Both the position numbers and the translations under genes were made by a program. The notes beneath the pieces were generated by a model that saw only the letters and a program-made list of their open reading frames with translations, was not told where the DNA came from and ran no database searches. This document shows, one piece after another, positions 1-13,804 of a stretch of 64,000 bases of DNA (its first letter is position 1; every line of letters begins with the position of its first letter). The DNA is from Octopus vulgaris (lineage: Eukaryota). The stretch spans positions 196,044,001 through 196,108,000 of the forward strand of contig OX597815.1 in the NCBI GenBank assembly GCA_951406725.2. Reading direction: 5' to 3'.

Positions 1-250
1 TATTAATATGCACCTCGATCTACACCTTCAGAAATATATATATGATATAGGACACCCACATCTCTAGATGATGTTTCCTTTGTTTATTACTTTTAGAATA
101 TTTAAAATGAATTTCGCTATTTATAGAAACAATTAAACGAGTAGATACTGGTTATATGCGTTCAGTTCAACTACGTACGATGATGTATGTATATATATGT
201 AGTTTTCATTGTGTTTAATTCCGGATGTTACATTTTCGCTTCGTATCTAC

Positions 251-342
<92 letters not shown>

Positions 343-507
343 TTCATCGTGTTTAATTCCGGATGTTATATTTTCGCATAGTAAGAGTAAACAAGAGAGA
401 CAGAGAAAGGCAGAAACAAGGAATATGTCACTTATATTTGAACACCATACAAATATTCTTTTAAAAAAACTTTTCTTTTAATTTTTCTAAATTTAATTAT
501 TTGATTG

Positions 508-548
508 TTACAGTTGAAAAAGTCTCAATGACTGAAACCGGTACTGAA
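508..548 (+). ncRNA. Minimal hammerhead ribozyme-like motif, U3-A8 core variant
   Basis: CAG-TTGAAAA-AGTC(tcaat)GACT-GAAA-CCGG-TA-CTG: stem I CAG/CTG, 4-bp stem II, palindromic stem III ACCGGT, GUA triplet; about 50 bp from a (TA)n tract. Confidence 0.6.
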
Positions 549-594
549 ATGTTTTTTATAAAATTATCTTAGCATTTTCTACCCTGACTTGTTT

Positions 595-640
<46 letters not shown>

Positions 641-759
641 CTTTATTAGCCACACAGGGTTGCACAGACACACACACACACACACACACATAGAGATACA
701 TAGATTGATGTCCAAATACGTATATAGGTATACATAGATATTTGTATACAGGTGTTTTT

Positions 760-846
760 ATGCTTATATATACGCCTGTATGTGTGTTTATATATGTATA
801 TATAAGTATGGTATGTGTGTGTTTGTATATGCATGCATATATATAC

Positions 847-932
<86 letters not shown>

Positions 933-945
933 CATACACACATAC

Positions 946-976
<31 letters not shown>

Positions 977-1045
977 TGTATATAAGTATATATATATGTA
1001 TGTATATATATATATATATATATATATACATAAATACACACATAC

Positions 1046-1083
<38 letters not shown>

Positions 1084-1100
1084 ATTTACATGTATATAGT
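760..1100. repeat. Compound (TA)n/(TG)n microsatellite
   Basis: Direct reading; source of the YI/CV-rich ORFs. Confidence 0.95.
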
Positions 1101-1481
1101 TTTCAGGTTTTTCTTCTGGGTACATTGGTCTCCATCTTTTTTACTTTTTTATGTCGTGGTATTCCCAATAGACAGATATTCCCAGTGAATGTGCAGGCTC
1201 TTATAACCTATATTTTACCTCTTTTTCTCCCCATTCAAATTAGGCACAACAGATACCGCTACAGCCGTTCATTGTGTATCTTTGCTTCGCATCTCTTGGA
1301 GCTACTCTCACATACTCTTCCCTTAAACGCGTTGACCTGATCTTTATCTCGCACTGAAGTTTCACGAATCATTGCATTATTATCTTCCCTATTCATATTT
1401 ATAAAATATAATCTCAACAAGACATATAAGTTTATATTCTGTTTTCCACGATGGAAGATGGACTTGCACGATTTTCTAGGA

Positions 1482-1835
1482 CAGTGGGTCTATTCACTTA
1501 TAAGATTCTGTTGTTGAAATTTATCTGCAGTGAATTTGTTATACTTCTACAGTACACAAAATATTTTACTAATTTTTAAAATACAATTCTTAATAATAGT
1601 CTTTTACTCTGTTATTCTTTTACTTGTTTCAGTCATTTGACTGTGGTCATGCTGGAGCACCGCCTTTAGTCGAGCAAATCGACCCCAGCACATATTCTTT
1701 GGAAGCCAAGTACTTATTCTATCGGTCTCTTTTGCCGAAACGCTAAGTTACGGGGACGTAAACACACTAGCATCGGTTGTCAAGCGATGCTGTGGGTGGG
1801 GGGCTAACACAGACACACAAACATATACACACATA

Positions 1836-1891
<56 letters not shown>

Positions 1892-2178
1892 CGACGGGCT
1901 TTTTTCAATTTCCGTTTACCAAATCCACTCACAAGGCTTTGGTCGACCCGAGGCTATAGTAGAAGACACTTGCCCAATGTGCCACGCAGTGGGACTGAAC
2001 CCGGAACCATGTGGTTGGTAAGCAAGCTAATTACCACACAGCCACTTTTACGCCTATATGCTACTTGATCATAAGAATATAATATTATAAACATTGAAGG
2101 GCTAGGAGTGTACATACAGGTAGAATAGAAATCAAAAGGTGTCAACGGGTAAAAAAAAAAAAGGGTTCAGAAACCCCG
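1482..2178. mobile_element. Degenerate hAT-type MITE interrupted by a SINE
   Basis: Interior resembles MITE 5380-5655 (aagatt.tgttgtt.aa..ttat; tacacaaaatatt); right end ggttcagaaaccccg resembles the TIR; split by SINE 1601-2056. Confidence 0.45.
1601..2056 (-). mobile_element. SINE family A (tRNA head, internal microsatellite)
   Basis: A-box TGGCTGTGTGGT, B-box GGTTCAGTCCC, internal (TA)/(TG) tract, (gtaaaaga)n tail; 11 copies in window. Confidence 0.9.
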
Positions 2179-3526
2179 TTCCAGGTGATATTCCCTTCCT
2201 TTTAATTTGCATCTTTTATAAACTATTTGCATTTGTAAACTATTTCTGATCTCTACATTTAGCAGTTATATCCTGTTATATTTTGAAATCAAACCTGAGC
2301 GAGTTCGATTTTGACTTTCATTGTTTCGTTGTCGATTAGAACAAAGCACGCACTGAAAGTACAGAACTGACGTCACTGTAATTGATTGTTTTCTCCTGTC
2401 AAAGTATGTGCAGACTTGTCCTATAAATGTTTAGAGATCGTAACAATCGCTCTTTGTTCTAAAGACTGCATTGCTAATGAATAGAGAGACTGTCGTATTT
2501 TACTCACACGCCTTATGTTTTTAAACAGGGACAATTGACACAATGAGTTAACGTTTATGTATTCCGAGGAGGTACTAGAAAAATTACAGCAAAATTCTCT
2601 TCAAACCACTCCATAGTTCTCTTAAATAAGGAGGAATGACATATAATAAAGTCATAACATGTTATATGGGAGTAGAATGCACTTTGCTTAAGAGTGAACT
2701 TTCCTTAAGTTGACATGGGGCTAAAATATAACACGAACATTAGGAACAGGAACAGTCGATTGGCACTAGAGGCGATAGAGAAAATGTCTTTCACCGTTTA
2801 TTCTTATTCAGTTCAATTTATATGCAGATTTCAAATCTAAATCCACTCACACTTTCAGTGTTGCATGTTCCATAAGTACTTCGTGTATTCAATATATTGG
2901 ATTTTACTCGTCTCCAGAGAAAATTAAGACAGTGTACATACGTTATAAACATTTATACTAACTGGAACGGATCGAAGACGAGTTACGCAAATAACATTGT
3001 ATATATCCCACGCAAAGTATTAATTTTTTCACAAAGACAAATCAATGAAAACAAAACATCGACGACAATAGAACCAAATAAGATACAGAAAACAAACTCA
3101 AATGGCATACTTTTAAATCCTCACTCCTTGCCATCCTTTCAGTGATATATTATTTCGATTTTGAAAAGATTCGATAGAAGACACTCACGTGTATGGATAT
3201 GTGTGTGCTTGCTTCTGTGTATATGCTTCTACTTCTACACGAGTGAATGGGTTTCCATGTATGCTTGTAGGTTAGCTTTTGTACATGCATCAACGTGTGC
3301 ATCGATTTAAACGTGTATGAAATCGCATCTTTTCCATTCTCCTTTTCTCTAATACCTGTCTATCTCGTTTTCTCTTTTATAACGAATGGGTCATGTTTTC
3401 AACCGAGAATTTTTGAGTGCACGATTTAGTATTTAAACCTGTATAAATAAAAGTGTAGAAATATCCGAGATCATAAAGATGCGACACTATGAAATATAAA
3501 TTTGCTATCAACTCATTTGAAATGTC

Positions 3527-3845
3527 TGTGGAGGCACATGGCCTAGTGGTTAGAAAAGCGGACTCGCAGTCGAGGAATCGCGGGTTCGAATCTCAGACCG
3601 GGCGATGTGTGTGTTTATGAGCGAAACACCTAAGCTCCACGCGGCTCTGGCAGAAGGTAATGGCGAACTTCTGTTGACTCATTCGCCACAACTTTATCTC
3701 ACTCTTTCCTCCTACATCTTGCAACTCACCTGCGACGGATCGGCGTCCCGTCCAGGTGGGGGACCTATACGCCCAGGAAACCGGGGAACCGACCCTAATG
3801 AGCCAGGCATGGCTCGAGAAGGAACAAACAAACAACAAACAAACA
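3527..3845 (+). mobile_element. SINE head C + tail 3
   Basis: ggaggcacatggcctagtggttag A-box, gggttcgaatct B-box, body shared with other C copies, (acaa)n end. Confidence 0.85.
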
Positions 3846-4597
3846 CCTGAGATGTGTTCGTGCATCCATAAATGTCATAATACATAGAAGGTCCAGAATA
3901 TGGGATATTTATTTTAGGGTATGATACAGGTATGAAATTAAAACATCTACATTGTCTTAAGGCTGGTACAAATAGCAGCCAAGCCTCCCTCAAAGCATTC
4001 ATTAGCGTTTTATAAAATGCTACATTTGGTAATGCTGTTCAGGATACAATGCTCTGGAAGAATCAGTTATGTGTTTAGAACTGGATTGGCTTGTTCATTG
4101 TTGATCGATCTGTTCTTTCAAGTCTGGTCGAGGAGAAAACAAAAAAGGACAGCAGTCACAACAGCAAAAACAAAATTTAGCACAACAATGATAAACACTA
4201 AAAATGAACCAGCACTTTACCCCGACTACACCTACTTCCTCTCTGAGCCAGTTATTAAGGGCCACAGACAGTCTGGACGGAAAATTCCTCCCCAAAGCTG
4301 AGGCTGGAACAATGTTCCGGAAGCCGCTTTTGTATAATTTCAATTGACGAAATGCAAACACAAACAGGTCGAAAGTCCAAATACATCCTATAAGTTTATT
4401 GTTTACGACTGAATGTGTACAAAACAATATGGCAGGAGAACACTACTTCTCTGTTAATCTATATTTAGATATGGTGCTTTCATTTGTTGTTCTTGGTGAT
4501 ATTAGTTATTGTGTGCTATTTTTATTGCCTAGTGGTGATGATTGTTTTAATGAGGATGATAGAAACGTTGGTGATTGGACTTAATCCCTTTGTCAAA

Positions 4598-4828
4598 GGC
4601 GGCGAGCTGGCAGAAGCGTTAGCACGTCGAGCAAAATGTATACGGGTATTTCGTCTGCCGTTACGTTCTGAGTTCAAATTCCGCCGAGGTCGACGTTGCC
4701 TTTCATCCTTTCGGGATCGATAAATTAAGTATCAGTTACGCACTGGGGTCGATGTAAACGACTTAATCCTTTTGTCTGTCCTTGTTTGTATCCTCTATAT
4801 TTATTCCCTTGTGGGCAATAAAGAAATA
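4598..4828 (+). mobile_element. SINE family B (Meta-domain SINE)
   Basis: B-box gagttcaaattcc, central gcctttcatcctttcgggatcgataaattaagta matching the Meta domain as recalled; 17-bp TSD agaaacgttggtgattg. Confidence 0.9.
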
Positions 4829-4853
4829 AGAAACGTTGGTGATTGTAATAATG

Positions 4854-5147
4854 CAAGGGTTCTCAACCATTATTTAACTGTGGATCCCTTTGATTCTTAA
4901 TTTACTTGGGTGGACCCCCATAGTCATTAGTATTGAATTTCTATAATTAATATTTTTCCAAAAGTTTACAAATAACTGTTAAAATATCTTGTGTATTTTG
5001 GACGTATAACCAGTTTATGGCACAAACTTTAATGGTCTGAAGCATAGTTTTTTCTGACCCCTGAAAGATTACCGTGGACCATAAATTTACTATATTGCAT
5101 AATTTGACCCTCAAAATGCTTATATGCACCTCGGTTGACAACCCCTG
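4854..5147. mobile_element. hAT-like MITE
   Basis: TIRs caagggttctcaacc / ggttgacaacccctg; degenerate 8-bp TSD (5/8). Confidence 0.7.
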
Positions 5148-5379
5148 CATTAGTGTATGCGGTGTGAACGTCAAAGAGAAAGAAATCCACCTGGTATGCA
5201 TGCGCTTTCAAGTTTGGCCCTACGGCATGATATTTACTAAGATAAATTCAAGTGACCCCCACCAAGACTTTATGGTGAAACTGATTGACGGATACTGTGA
5301 AAACTTTTTACATGGATTGTACCTATAATTTGGAGCTTCTGTCTTGGCACGTATTTTGACAAGTTCATTCGGCTAGGGC

Positions 5380-5655
5380 TGTGATTCTCAACCGGGATCA
5401 ACATGACCCTTGCAGGTCTATAGAAGATTTTGTTGTTAAAGATTTATGCACAATAAATTGGTTATATTTCTATTTACACAAAATATTTATCGACCCACAA
5501 AATATTTTAACAATTTATTTTTATACAATTCATAATAATATTTGATTATAAAAACGTAATGGGAGATTTTTTTAAAGATCAAATGTTTATACGGGTCCAT
5601 CAGAGCGAAACAGCAATCAAAGGCTCTTTAGGAAAAATATGGCTGAGAACCAACG
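5380..5655. mobile_element. hAT-like MITE (degenerate)
   Basis: TIRs ctgtgattctcaacc / ggctgagaaccaacg. Confidence 0.6.
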
Positions 5656-6195
5656 GACTTCAGGAATACGTTAACGATCACCTGTCTGTAGAATACTCAC
5701 CCACTTACACATTAATTTAACACGAAACCAGTTCAGCTGACCTGACAACTGGACGCTGATTGGTTAAAACTGGAGGAGGAATCAGAATTAATGCTTACGG
5801 TATGAGTAGTGGTGATAGTTTGTTTTGGTGTCGAAAGAAGTATTAGTTGAAGATATGTGGGAAATGGAGTGTCTGTATAATAACTGATAAGCGTGATATT
5901 GATTTCATAAACATAACACTAGATAATTTTAGAGGGAGGTATTATAATCGATTGGTTCGATTCAAGTGCTTGATTAATGCTTATTTCATCGATCTTGGAC
6001 GGCTTGAAAGGAAAAAGTCTTTAACCGACACCTCTAATTATTGCAGGAAATGTGTCACAAAATCCTGTTTTATCATTATACTAAGCACAAACTATAAGAG
6101 TACTTCACCACTTCAAAGAGAAATGTGTATTGTATCTTATATTGTTCCATAAAAATAAAGTGTCGACAATATATGTGTCCGTGTGTTTGTGTATG

Positions 6196-6226
<31 letters not shown>

Positions 6227-7392
6227 GCATAACTACATATATATCTATATACATATATATACATGCATAACTACATATATATCTATATATATATTTATAT
6301 ATACACATACATATGCATATCTCTCTATATATATATCTATATATATATTTATATATACACATACATATGCATATCTCTCTATATATATACACACATACAT
6401 ATGCATATCTATCTATCTATCTATATATATACACACAAATATGCATATATGTATGTATATATATATATATAAATATATACATACATACATACATATATGC
6501 ATCTATGTATGTATACTTATACATTAGAATGAAAGGGATAATGTTATTGGTATTTGATTGGAACTTTATTTATTGACCACAAAATAACGGAAATCAAATT
6601 CACTGCCACTATAAACATCACCAGTAGAAACATGACCCACCAGAATTACCAAAACCACCAACATCAACACCAACACCACCAGCATAATGACCATCGTTAC
6701 CTCCTTGCCAACCGTCACAACCAAGGTCAGAACCACAACGGTCAAGTTACGTCTACCACCGTCTAACTTCTACCACCACCACCACCATCACTACTGCCGC
6801 CACCACTATCACCACCACCGCAATCCTCAGTAGCACAATCAGCATCATCAAAATGAACACCACAGCACCAACGCCAGGTCCACCACCGTCACCACCACCA
6901 CCACCACAAGCACGCAACCGACATTAATTTGGCAACGTTCCTGCTTACCACTCTGCAATACTAGACGATAGAATATATGCATGTATATTAATTTCTAAAC
7001 AAATGAACGAACCAAAGAGTTTATTATATGGGAATATTTGCAATATTTAGAATATGTTGTGGTTTTGGGACACAAACTAACATTTCACTAGAAGCATAAA
7101 ACATACTGGAAGTCTTCCAGGCACTATTCTACACAACACCGCACTGTATTACACTCCATTGCGCTGCAATACACTTCGATGCATTACACTAGACTACCCT
7201 GCATTATACTGCGTTTCATTATCCTATACCACAGATATATCAGTCTTGAGACCCCACACAACATCTTAACGACTTTGGAGTTCAACAGCTTAAGACAACA
7301 AACAATACATACTTTAATAAAAAAAACGCACTCACACATACAGACACACATGTATGTATTTATACATATATGTATGTATATTTATATATATA

Positions 7393-7423
<31 letters not shown>

Positions 7424-7620
7424 GCATATATATATGTGTATATATATGCATATTTATATATGTGTATATATATGTGTCTACATATACGTATATATGTGTA
7501 TGTATATGTAAATGGCAACATATACGTATCTATCTATGTATATCTATTTATATTTATATTATATATATTATATATATATATATGCTTATATATGTGTATA
7601 TGTATATATGTGTTTGTATG

Positions 7621-7657
<37 letters not shown>

Positions 7658-7660
<3 letters not shown>

Positions 7661-8036
7661 CGAATTAGTGGCTGTGTGGTAAGTAGTTGCTTACCGACCA
7701 CATGGTTCCGGGTTCATTCCCACTGCGTGACACTTTGGGCAAGTGTCTTCTACTATAGCGTCGGGCCGACCAAAGCCTTGTGAGTGGATTTAGTTGATGG
7801 AAACTGAAAGAAGCCCGTCGTATATATGTATATATGTATATATATGTGTGTGTGTGTATATATTTGTGCGTCTGTCTTTGTCCCCAACCATCTCTTGACA
7901 ACCGATGTTGGTGTGATTACATCCCCGTAACATAGCGATTCAACAAGTAAGACTAATAGAATAAGTACTAGGCTTACAAAGAATAAGTCCTGGGGTCGAT
8001 TTGCTTGACTAAAGGCAGTGCTCCAGCATGACCGCA
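7658..8036 (+). mobile_element. SINE family A
   Basis: Homologous to 1601-2056; 3' truncated. Confidence 0.9.
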
Positions 8037-8862
8037 CCACTTATTTTCACTTATATATCACCTATTTTCGCCATGATCTCTGCCAGTATCACCAGTAGTA
8101 CATTATGATCATAACCACCAAACCTTCATCACCAGCAGGATTGCTTTCACCGCTTATACCACCACTGATCTAACCATTATTTTACCCACTCCCTCTTTTC
8201 TCTTCTTTTTTTCTTTTCTTTAATCAACTATACCACTGAGCCCGCATCACAGAGTAGACTTTTCATCACTAGCCAGACTGCTCTCACCATTGCCTTCTTA
8301 CCATCACCATCTCGAATCAACAACTTCTCTTCCATCTCCATCAAATATCAATAAACCGCTGTTAAACTACCACCGTTTACACAGCAGTATTACCTTGAAT
8401 AAGCACCAGCCATGCTAGCAACAAAGCCACCAACATAGTTATCAGCACTAGACTATCATCGCCACTACCATCACCACTACCATCAACACCACTGCCGCCG
8501 CCGCAGCCCTCATTGCCGCCAAAAGCATCATAGCCGTCTCCAGCAATTTCGATTTCATCTCTTATCCTTATACACGAATACTTGTTCTGATGTCGCCCAC
8601 ACCATAACCACAACAGCAGCAACAACAACAACAATAATAGTCACCACAGCCACCACAGCCCGCACGCACCATTATTTTCTTCCCTCAATATCACCAATAC
8701 CCTATCAACAACTGCTTCACAAACACCATACTAACAACAACAACGGCAATTGTTTTCTATGGAGCAATCAATTGAACCAGCTAATAATAAAATTCAGCAA
8801 CCATGACAATACAAATCGCCGAGAACAACAGGCAACGAGTCACTACTACTACCACCACCACA

Positions 8863-8907
<45 letters not shown>

Positions 8908-9339
8908 GCCGCTGCTGCTGCTGCTGCTAATTGTACTGTTCATTACACAATCTCCGGCAATGGCATCAGTTCGAGGCAACACGGAAGTTTCTACGTGCTA
9001 AATCGACCTGCTGGAAATAACAGCTACATTTTCCTCTCTAAGAAGACGACTGAATGAATAGTCATGGTTCGAATGCTTTTGATATTTAGGCTTTTATCAA
9101 TCAGATTTGAACTGGATCTAAATGCAAACAGCTATAACCATAGCAACAACCACCACTGTCTGAATCTGTCCCGCCAAGTAGCCAGTTATAACACAAATAG
9201 TACAAATGCCAACGACACCAACGGACAACAAAACTACCGAGAATGAGAACAAAAACAGATCCAATATTAAGAAACATCAACAATAAAAATCATGTTAAAA
9301 ATAATCCTGTCTACTACGGAGACAAGGTCAGAAATTTGA

Positions 9340-9516
9340 GGGAAGGGGCTACTGGATTACATTGACCCTAGTGTACAACTGGTACGTATTTCATCGACTC
9401 CGAAAGGATGAAAAGCAAAGTCGATCTCGGCGGAATTTGAACTCAGAACCTAGCGACAGATTAAATGTTGCTAAACATTTTCTCCAGCGTGCAAAGAATT
9501 CTGCCAGCACGCCGCT
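9340..9516 (-). mobile_element. Older diverged Meta-domain SINE
   Basis: cgaaaggatgaaaagcaaagtcgatctcggcggaatttgaactcagaac. Confidence 0.75.
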
Positions 9517-9537
9517 TTTAGTCATGTTAATAATAGT

Positions 9538-9816
9538 TTATTTATGCGCCCTTTTCAACCCTAGCCAGGCTCATGGGCCCGGTTTTCCCGGTTTCTATGG
9601 CGTATGTGTTCCCCCCAGCTGGACGGGACGCCAGTCCATCGCAGCGTTACTCAAGAAACAGAAAGAAAGAGTGAGAGAAATTTGGGGCGAAAGAGTACAA
9701 CAGGGGTCACCAACACCCCCTGCCGGTGCCTCGTGGAGCCTTACGTGTTTTCACTCAATAAACACACACAACACCCGGTCTGGGAATCGAAACCGCTGGG
9801 CCATTGCGCCTCCACA
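9538..9816 (-). mobile_element. SINE head C + tail 4 (deletion in head)
   Basis: Head ggaggcgcaatggcccag; tail gtaacgctgcgatggactggcgtcccgtccagctgg shared with 12517-13020. Confidence 0.85.
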
Positions 9817-10855
9817 TTTATGGGAAAGGGCTAATAGTTAATAATAATACTTGCTTTTTAAGCTAAGTCAAGGTCTGAAGTTTGAGGTAGGGGAATAGTA
9901 ACTAGATTCATACCAGTAATTGACTGATACTTGATTTCATCGAACCCGGCAAGATACTCTGTTTTCTCTTCACCCCGAGCGGATAAATCTTTCGCCTTTT
10001 ACTAAAGATAAAAATGCAAAGCTGCTTTTGGTGGGTTTTCATCTTGGAAAGCAAAGAGCTAGAATAAATGCCGTGATACATTTAATCCGATTCTCTGACG
10101 ATTCACAACCCTAACATTTACAGTGGTTTAAAATTTGGGCTCAAAGTCAGTTTACTGGATAAGTTGATAACATCGAAGCCAGTAGTTGATCGCTATTTTA
10201 AACTAGTGATAAGATTGTCGACCTTGTGTCTAAATCAGAAGTTATTATGTTATGATCTTGGATTTCGCTGAAAGATAATGTTGTTTGGAGCATAAAAGTT
10301 GATCTCGTTTCATCATGTGAAAGATTTAGGTGGTATCTTCTATATAGTTCCAGAGTGATTGTTCAAAAAAGTTAACGCAGGAACGTTAAGGATTTCGCTT
10401 AATTTTTCGCTTTCATTCCAGAGTTTGAAAAATGTTGCATATATCAAAGTGAATTTTAAGAACGAGTTAACCTTAAAGAAGAAACAAAAAAAATGTAGAA
10501 ACAATACTGAAGAAAATGGGACTAGAGAGGATAATTTAGTGAAAGGAAAAAAAGTGAAAAAAAAGAAACGGTGAAAGAAAATATAAAGAATAAGTAAAAA
10601 CGTAGAACGTTAGAAGAATAGGAGAAAAGGACAAAGAATATGGAGGACAAGAAAAGGCACGTGAAAAATATCATAGGAAAGAATAAAAGGATGGATGGCA
10701 GAAAAAAGGATAAAAACGCACGTGATTGATTGATATGTTCGAAAACCAAAACACTTTAAATAAACAAGAACAAAACAAATTTTGCATGGTAGGAGAAATG
10801 TATTCTGTTAGTGACCATCCCGTTTTCGTTCATTCAATAAAATATTAGTATGTCT

Positions 10856-11181
10856 TGTGAAGGCGCGTGGCTTAGTGGTTAGGGCATTCGACTGACGATT
10901 GTAAGGTCGTGAGTTCGATTCCCGGCGATGCGTTGTGTCCTTGAGCAAGACACTTTATTTCACGTTGCTCCAGTCCACTCAGCTGGCAAAAATGAGCTGT
11001 ACCTGTATTTCAAAGGGCCGGCCTTGTCACACTCTGTGTCACGCTGAATCTCCCTGAGAACTACGTTAGGGGTACACGTGTCTGTGGATTGCTCAGTCAC
11101 TTGCACGTTAATTCCACGAGCAAGCTGTTCCGTTGATCGTATCAGCTGGGACCCTCGTCGTCGTAACCGACAGAGTGCTCC
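10856..11181 (+). mobile_element. SINE head D (CORE-like) + tail 1
   Basis: tRNA boxes, gtgtccttgagcaagacactttatttcacgttgctccagtccactcagctg CORE-like segment; TSD agtatgtctt. Confidence 0.85.
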
Positions 11182-11299
11182 TTTAAGTATGTCTTAGACT
11201 ATATTATTGAATTTGCACTTTCATATATTCCTCGAATATTATGCTCGTGATTTGAGATATGCCTTTAACAAATCGCATCACTATGTAAAGACTCGAAAA

Positions 11300-11530
11300 G
11301 GCGGCGAGCTGGCAGAAACGTTAGCACGCCGGGTGAAATGCGTAGCTGTATTTTCCCTGTCGTTACGTTCCGAGTTCAAATTACGCCGAGGTCGACTTTG
11401 CTTTTCATCCTTTCGGGGTCGATAAATTAAGTACCAGTTACGCACTGGGGTCGATGTGATCGACTTAATCCCTTTCTCTGTCCTTGTTTGTCCCCTCTAT
11501 GTTTAGCCCCTTGTGGGCAGTAAAGAAATA
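11300..11530 (+). mobile_element. SINE family B (Meta-domain)
   Basis: Full monomer; 15-bp TSD tatgtaaagactcga. Confidence 0.9.
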
Positions 11531-12516
11531 TATGTAAAGACTCGATTAAGTTTCCACTCAGAAAATAGTATTACAGTCATTTAAATGTTTTTGAGACACC
11601 AGTAAAAGTGGTCCATCACCACAGAAGAAATACCAGCCTAATTTCGCTCAGATTTACCCTTGTGTCATAAAAACCCCCCCAAATAAATAACACTCTATAC
11701 GGCTAAAATGACTTTGGTCTCAGGTCAATTTTGTCAGATTTGGCCAAGAGTTAAACAAGAACTCAGTTCTTAGTGCTACGCAGAACCAAAACGGAAAGGA
11801 TCTATATGGTTGCTTGACCTGACTGATATAAATTGCAATCAAATCGCTTTTAAGTCACACATGAACATCTTAATAAAGCATGGATATAATCTATAATAAA
11901 TCCTAGCAGCATTATGCCTAAAGAGAAAAGAGGAGCTGATCACATTTCAAACGCCTTTGATCATGGATCTCCTCATTAACTCTGATATGGAACTAGAGAA
12001 AAACAAGTGAAGTATATTTATGTTTGAAACATCTATCGTATCACTGATGGCAGAATAAATTATCTTTACGAATAAAGGAATTCAATTATTTTGCTTTTAC
12101 AAGTTGTTATTATGCTGCAATTGTGCAATGAGAATTGCATTCATTAAACTAATTTTAAAACGCTACCGTAGGTTACTTGGTATGTATCTAGATTTAATAG
12201 GTTTAAAAATCTTAAAAATCTTATCTTGTTTCATTTTAAAATAATGTTTTCAATATATGAGAATTTTCAAACATGAAAAAAATGATAAAATATGCCTCCA
12301 TCTTGCTATCGAATGCTACTTAGAGGATGTACCAGCAGCATCACTAGCAGCATCACCAACAGTATCCAGCTTTGAGAGCCAGACATTAATTAAAATGAAA
12401 TAAATGAATCCAAAAATCACAATTCTGTATTATATATGGTTTATATAGCAAGTTCTCTAATACAAGAATCTTCCGCATAAAACGAGTTGTATATCACTTC
12501 ATATTAATAATAATAA

Positions 12517-13020
12517 TAAATGCACCCTTTTAAAGCCTAGCCAGTCTCATGGGCCCGGTTTCCTCGGTTTCTATGGCGTATATGTTCCCCAGCTGGATGG
12601 GACGCCAGTCCATCGCAGCGTTACTCATTTTTGCCAGCTGAGTGGACTGGAGCAACGTGAAATGAAGTGTTTTGCTCAAGAACACAACGCGCCGCCCGGT
12701 CCAGGAATCGAAACCACAATCTTATGATCATGATGCTGACACCCTAACCACTAAGCCACGCGCCTCCTAAATGCACCCTTTTAAAGCCTAGCCAGTCTCA
12801 TGGGCCCGGTTTCCCGGTTTCTATGGCGTATGTGTTCTCCAGCTGGATGGGACGCCAGTCCATCGCAGCGTTACTCATTTTTGCGAGCTGAGTAGACTGG
12901 AGCAACGTGAAATGAAGTGTTTTGCTCAAGAACACAATGCGCCGCCCGGTCCAGGAATCGAAACCACAATCTTATGATCATGATGCTGACACCCTAACCA
13001 CTAAGCCACGCGCCTCCACA
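12517..13020 (-). mobile_element. Tandem dimer of SINE head D + tail 4
   Basis: Two near-identical ~251-bp units (12517-12767, 12768-13020) inside one degenerate TSD. Confidence 0.9.
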
Positions 13021-13314
13021 TATGTCATTTCATACTAAGATAATATTTTTACATATATCAGCAGAAGACATGATTTGGCAATCCATTCCATTGCCAACCA
13101 ACACTACCAAATCTTAAGTTAACATTGATCAGGTTTCCCTTAATGTAGCAGTTATTGCGGCTTGCATGTACAGAAAAATAAGCAGAATTTGCTTGTACGT
13201 AAGCGGCTGAACTAAATAGTATATAGCTATTAGTTTTGGCAATTGTTTATGACGATTGATTTTACTCTCCCGGGCGAAGACATCAGGCAACAGGTTACTA
13301 CCACTAATACGACC

Positions 13315-13370
13315 AACTACTACTACTACTACTACCACCACCACCACCACCATTACTACTGCTGCTGCTA

Positions 13371-13422
<52 letters not shown>

Positions 13423-13425
13423 CAT

Positions 13426-13461
<36 letters not shown>

Positions 13462-13464
13462 CAT

Positions 13465-13548
<84 letters not shown>
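13315..13548. repeat. (ACT)n/(ACC)n trinucleotide microsatellite
   Basis: Direct reading; gives poly-T/V/Y ORFs. Confidence 0.95.
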
Positions 13549-13804
13549 AGCCTTCTTTATAACGTTGATCATTGCTATATCACAACTCCCTCGCCGCTGC
13601 TATTACCATCACAAATAATTGTTCCTAATTTAGGTGCAGCAGTTTTTTTTTTTGGGTTAAAAAGACACCACGAAATGGCATTTAAAGCTGACCATAGCGT
13701 AATTTTATAATCAGACTGTGCGGAGCCGGAACACATATAGTTAAGGAGCTTATTTACATGCTGACAATTCTTCCTTCAGTGTATTACACAAGCTATATCA
13801 GTAG

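Noticed and set aside
199-378. 40-bp direct repeat flanking (TA)n, superficially CRISPR- or LTR-like
   Set aside because: Only two copies with a microsatellite spacer; a simple local duplication
187-1340. Long YI/CV/HT-rich ORFs here and throughout (e.g. 31295-31878, 41111-41615, 43769-44466)
   Set aside because: Translations of dinucleotide/tetranucleotide microsatellites that lack stop codons
1835-2068. Recurrent ORF RRASFSFRLPNPLTRLWSARGYSRRHLPKVPRSGTEPGTM as a gene family
   Set aside because: Antisense translation of SINE family A; likewise the GGELAETLARR and VVIPAVLFHHNF ORFs come from SINEs B and C
13129-13710. Poly-Thr/Val/Tyr mucin-like ORFs (also 8803, 44772, 54786)
   Set aside because: (ACT)n microsatellites open in several frames with no coding context
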